In this document: positions 25,301 to 25,520 of the stretch, piece after piece
Position numbering within the stretch: the first letter of the stretch is position 1
Layout of the letters: each line of letters starts with the position of its first letter
From: PVC group bacterium
GTDB lineage: Bacteria; Auribacterota; Erginobacteria; Erginobacterales; Erginobacteraceae
Length of the DNA stretch: 25,520 nucleotides
Assembly (NCBI GenBank): GCA_043804695.1
Contig: JAZDIV010000083.1
Coordinates: 1 to 25,520 of the forward strand
Reading direction: 5' to 3'
Made by a program: the position numbers and the translations under genes
Notes under the pieces: model-generated
What the model was told of the DNA's origin: nothing
What the model saw: only the letters and a program-made list of their open reading frames with translations
Database searches by the model: none

Positions 25301-25520
25301 CTGACGATCACGAGATGCCCTTCGGCGAGGTGATTGTCGGCACTTCCCGCACCGAGCAGGTGACGGTGCACAACACCGACCCGACGTATAACCTGGTGGT
25401 GGACGGGATCGAATTGACGGGCGGCCATTCCCCGGCCTCGCTTTCAGCGCCGGGAACGGAGGAAGATAGCCTGGACACGAACTCGCGCAAGGGAAAGACA
25501 AAATTGCCGATCGAGTCGGA
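22351..25520 (+). CDS. Large secreted C1 peptidase with GEVED, DNRLRE/CBM96-like, GEVED, BACON-like and further Ig-like domains; runs off the window end
   Basis: Not in the ORF track. AAGGAG SD, then [122 protein letters not shown]. No stop found to 25520. Confidence 0.93.
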   Translation, partial: MTAPYFRRLWISFFICCGLFLFPAFSRAQSPFGSTAAWGEAAKLAQIRSAIAEKDFHWTARDYGREFALGAIIKEEENGIEPPTMEQVESLPDSVDWRSNGGNFVSPVKNQASCGSCWAFAAVGSLESLVCISHNTPGQFLDLAEQILVSCCTGNYGCSGGYMDITAQFMRDEGTYLETCFPYTATNNNCGNACAGWGALAYKIDGFSFVPRTVATLKSAVYSYGPTQVAFYVYSDFQSYSGGVYEYAWGSYLGGHAVLLIGYQDTPGQYGGGYFIVKNSWGTSWGESGFFRIGYSQVTNSVTFGSSSYAYTYLPPTTPTPTPEDYKTPTPTPTTTPTPEGYKTATPTATPLPSYCSASGGCDEYIARVQFNTIDNSSGCGGYADYTALSTVISSETAYGITVTNPVLYTGDACDVWVDWNRNGSFSDAGESTTLSGGPAVFTGTITSPAGAPLGETRLRIRLRYYENVEPCGDFTYGEVEDYTVIVVSLITLTPTPEGYHTPSPSPTPVTTPTPRTVTKYPIDDSYVRSWTPDTVYGAAGAFTVNPRTADICRVYIKFDLSDIPSGETISSAILRYYYFGWWEADPAGRINDMYKITGNWDEGTLTWNNKPGYDMSVCGSYTVPYSFGWIETDVTQYVQDKVNGEMDYGILVKDRNEQPLGLNTNPIMYSKEYNGLNPELVIEFSMPASTPTPTPEGYTTPTPPPTTTPTPEGYKTATPTATPLPNYCSASGEYDEYIARVQFNTIDNSSGREGYADYTAFSTVVTREAAYGITVTNPVPWDGDACDVWVDWNQNGSFYDAGESTTLSGGPGVFTGTITGPAGALLGETRLRIRLRYYQDVEPCGDFTYGEVEDYTVIVVPSDVLTVAPDEAFESAGTPGGPFDPASKTYTLTNLGGESLDWTAGATADWLTVAPGSGGLAAGASTEVEVSLNANAGALIPGDYEDIVTFANISSGFTRTRGVSLTVIAIPGQIAVEDSIPPTDDHEMPFGEVIVGTSRTEQVTVHNTDPTYNLVVDGIELTGGHSPASLSAPGTEEDSLDTNSRKGKTKLPIES

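Overview
GC-rich DNA from a diderm bacterium (lpxD present). The C-terminal repeats of the secreted proteins recall PVC-superphylum candidate phyla such as Ca. Auribacterota, but this is from memory and unverified. The left part (1-9.6 kb) holds a surface-glycan export locus (SAM methyltransferase, wzm, wzt with C-terminal domain, GT-C/DUF2142-like membrane protein). An AT-rich four-helix-bundle gene with heptamer-repeat inverted arms sits between wzm and wzt. Next come a small ParB-N protein, a secreted hypothetical protein, a SagB-type nitroreductase, tRNA-Met(CAT) and lpxD. The right part (9.7-25.5 kb) is a co-oriented array of five secreted modular proteases (C39/C70-like, C1, C1, S8, C1), led by a gene resembling a free-standing staphopain-type propeptide. 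The last protease (22351 to window end) is missing from the ORF track. The four complete proteases end in the same FG-GAP-like module of exactly 3 or 6 repeats finishing GDxPxxR-stop. The two largest share a duplicated promoter/leader/signal-peptide block, near-identical TPEGYKTP linker DNA between domains, and four mosaic GEVED copies, which suggests a domain-shuffling kit for surface proteases. A family of small TAAATTAGC...GCTAATTTA palindromes lies at several gene starts.
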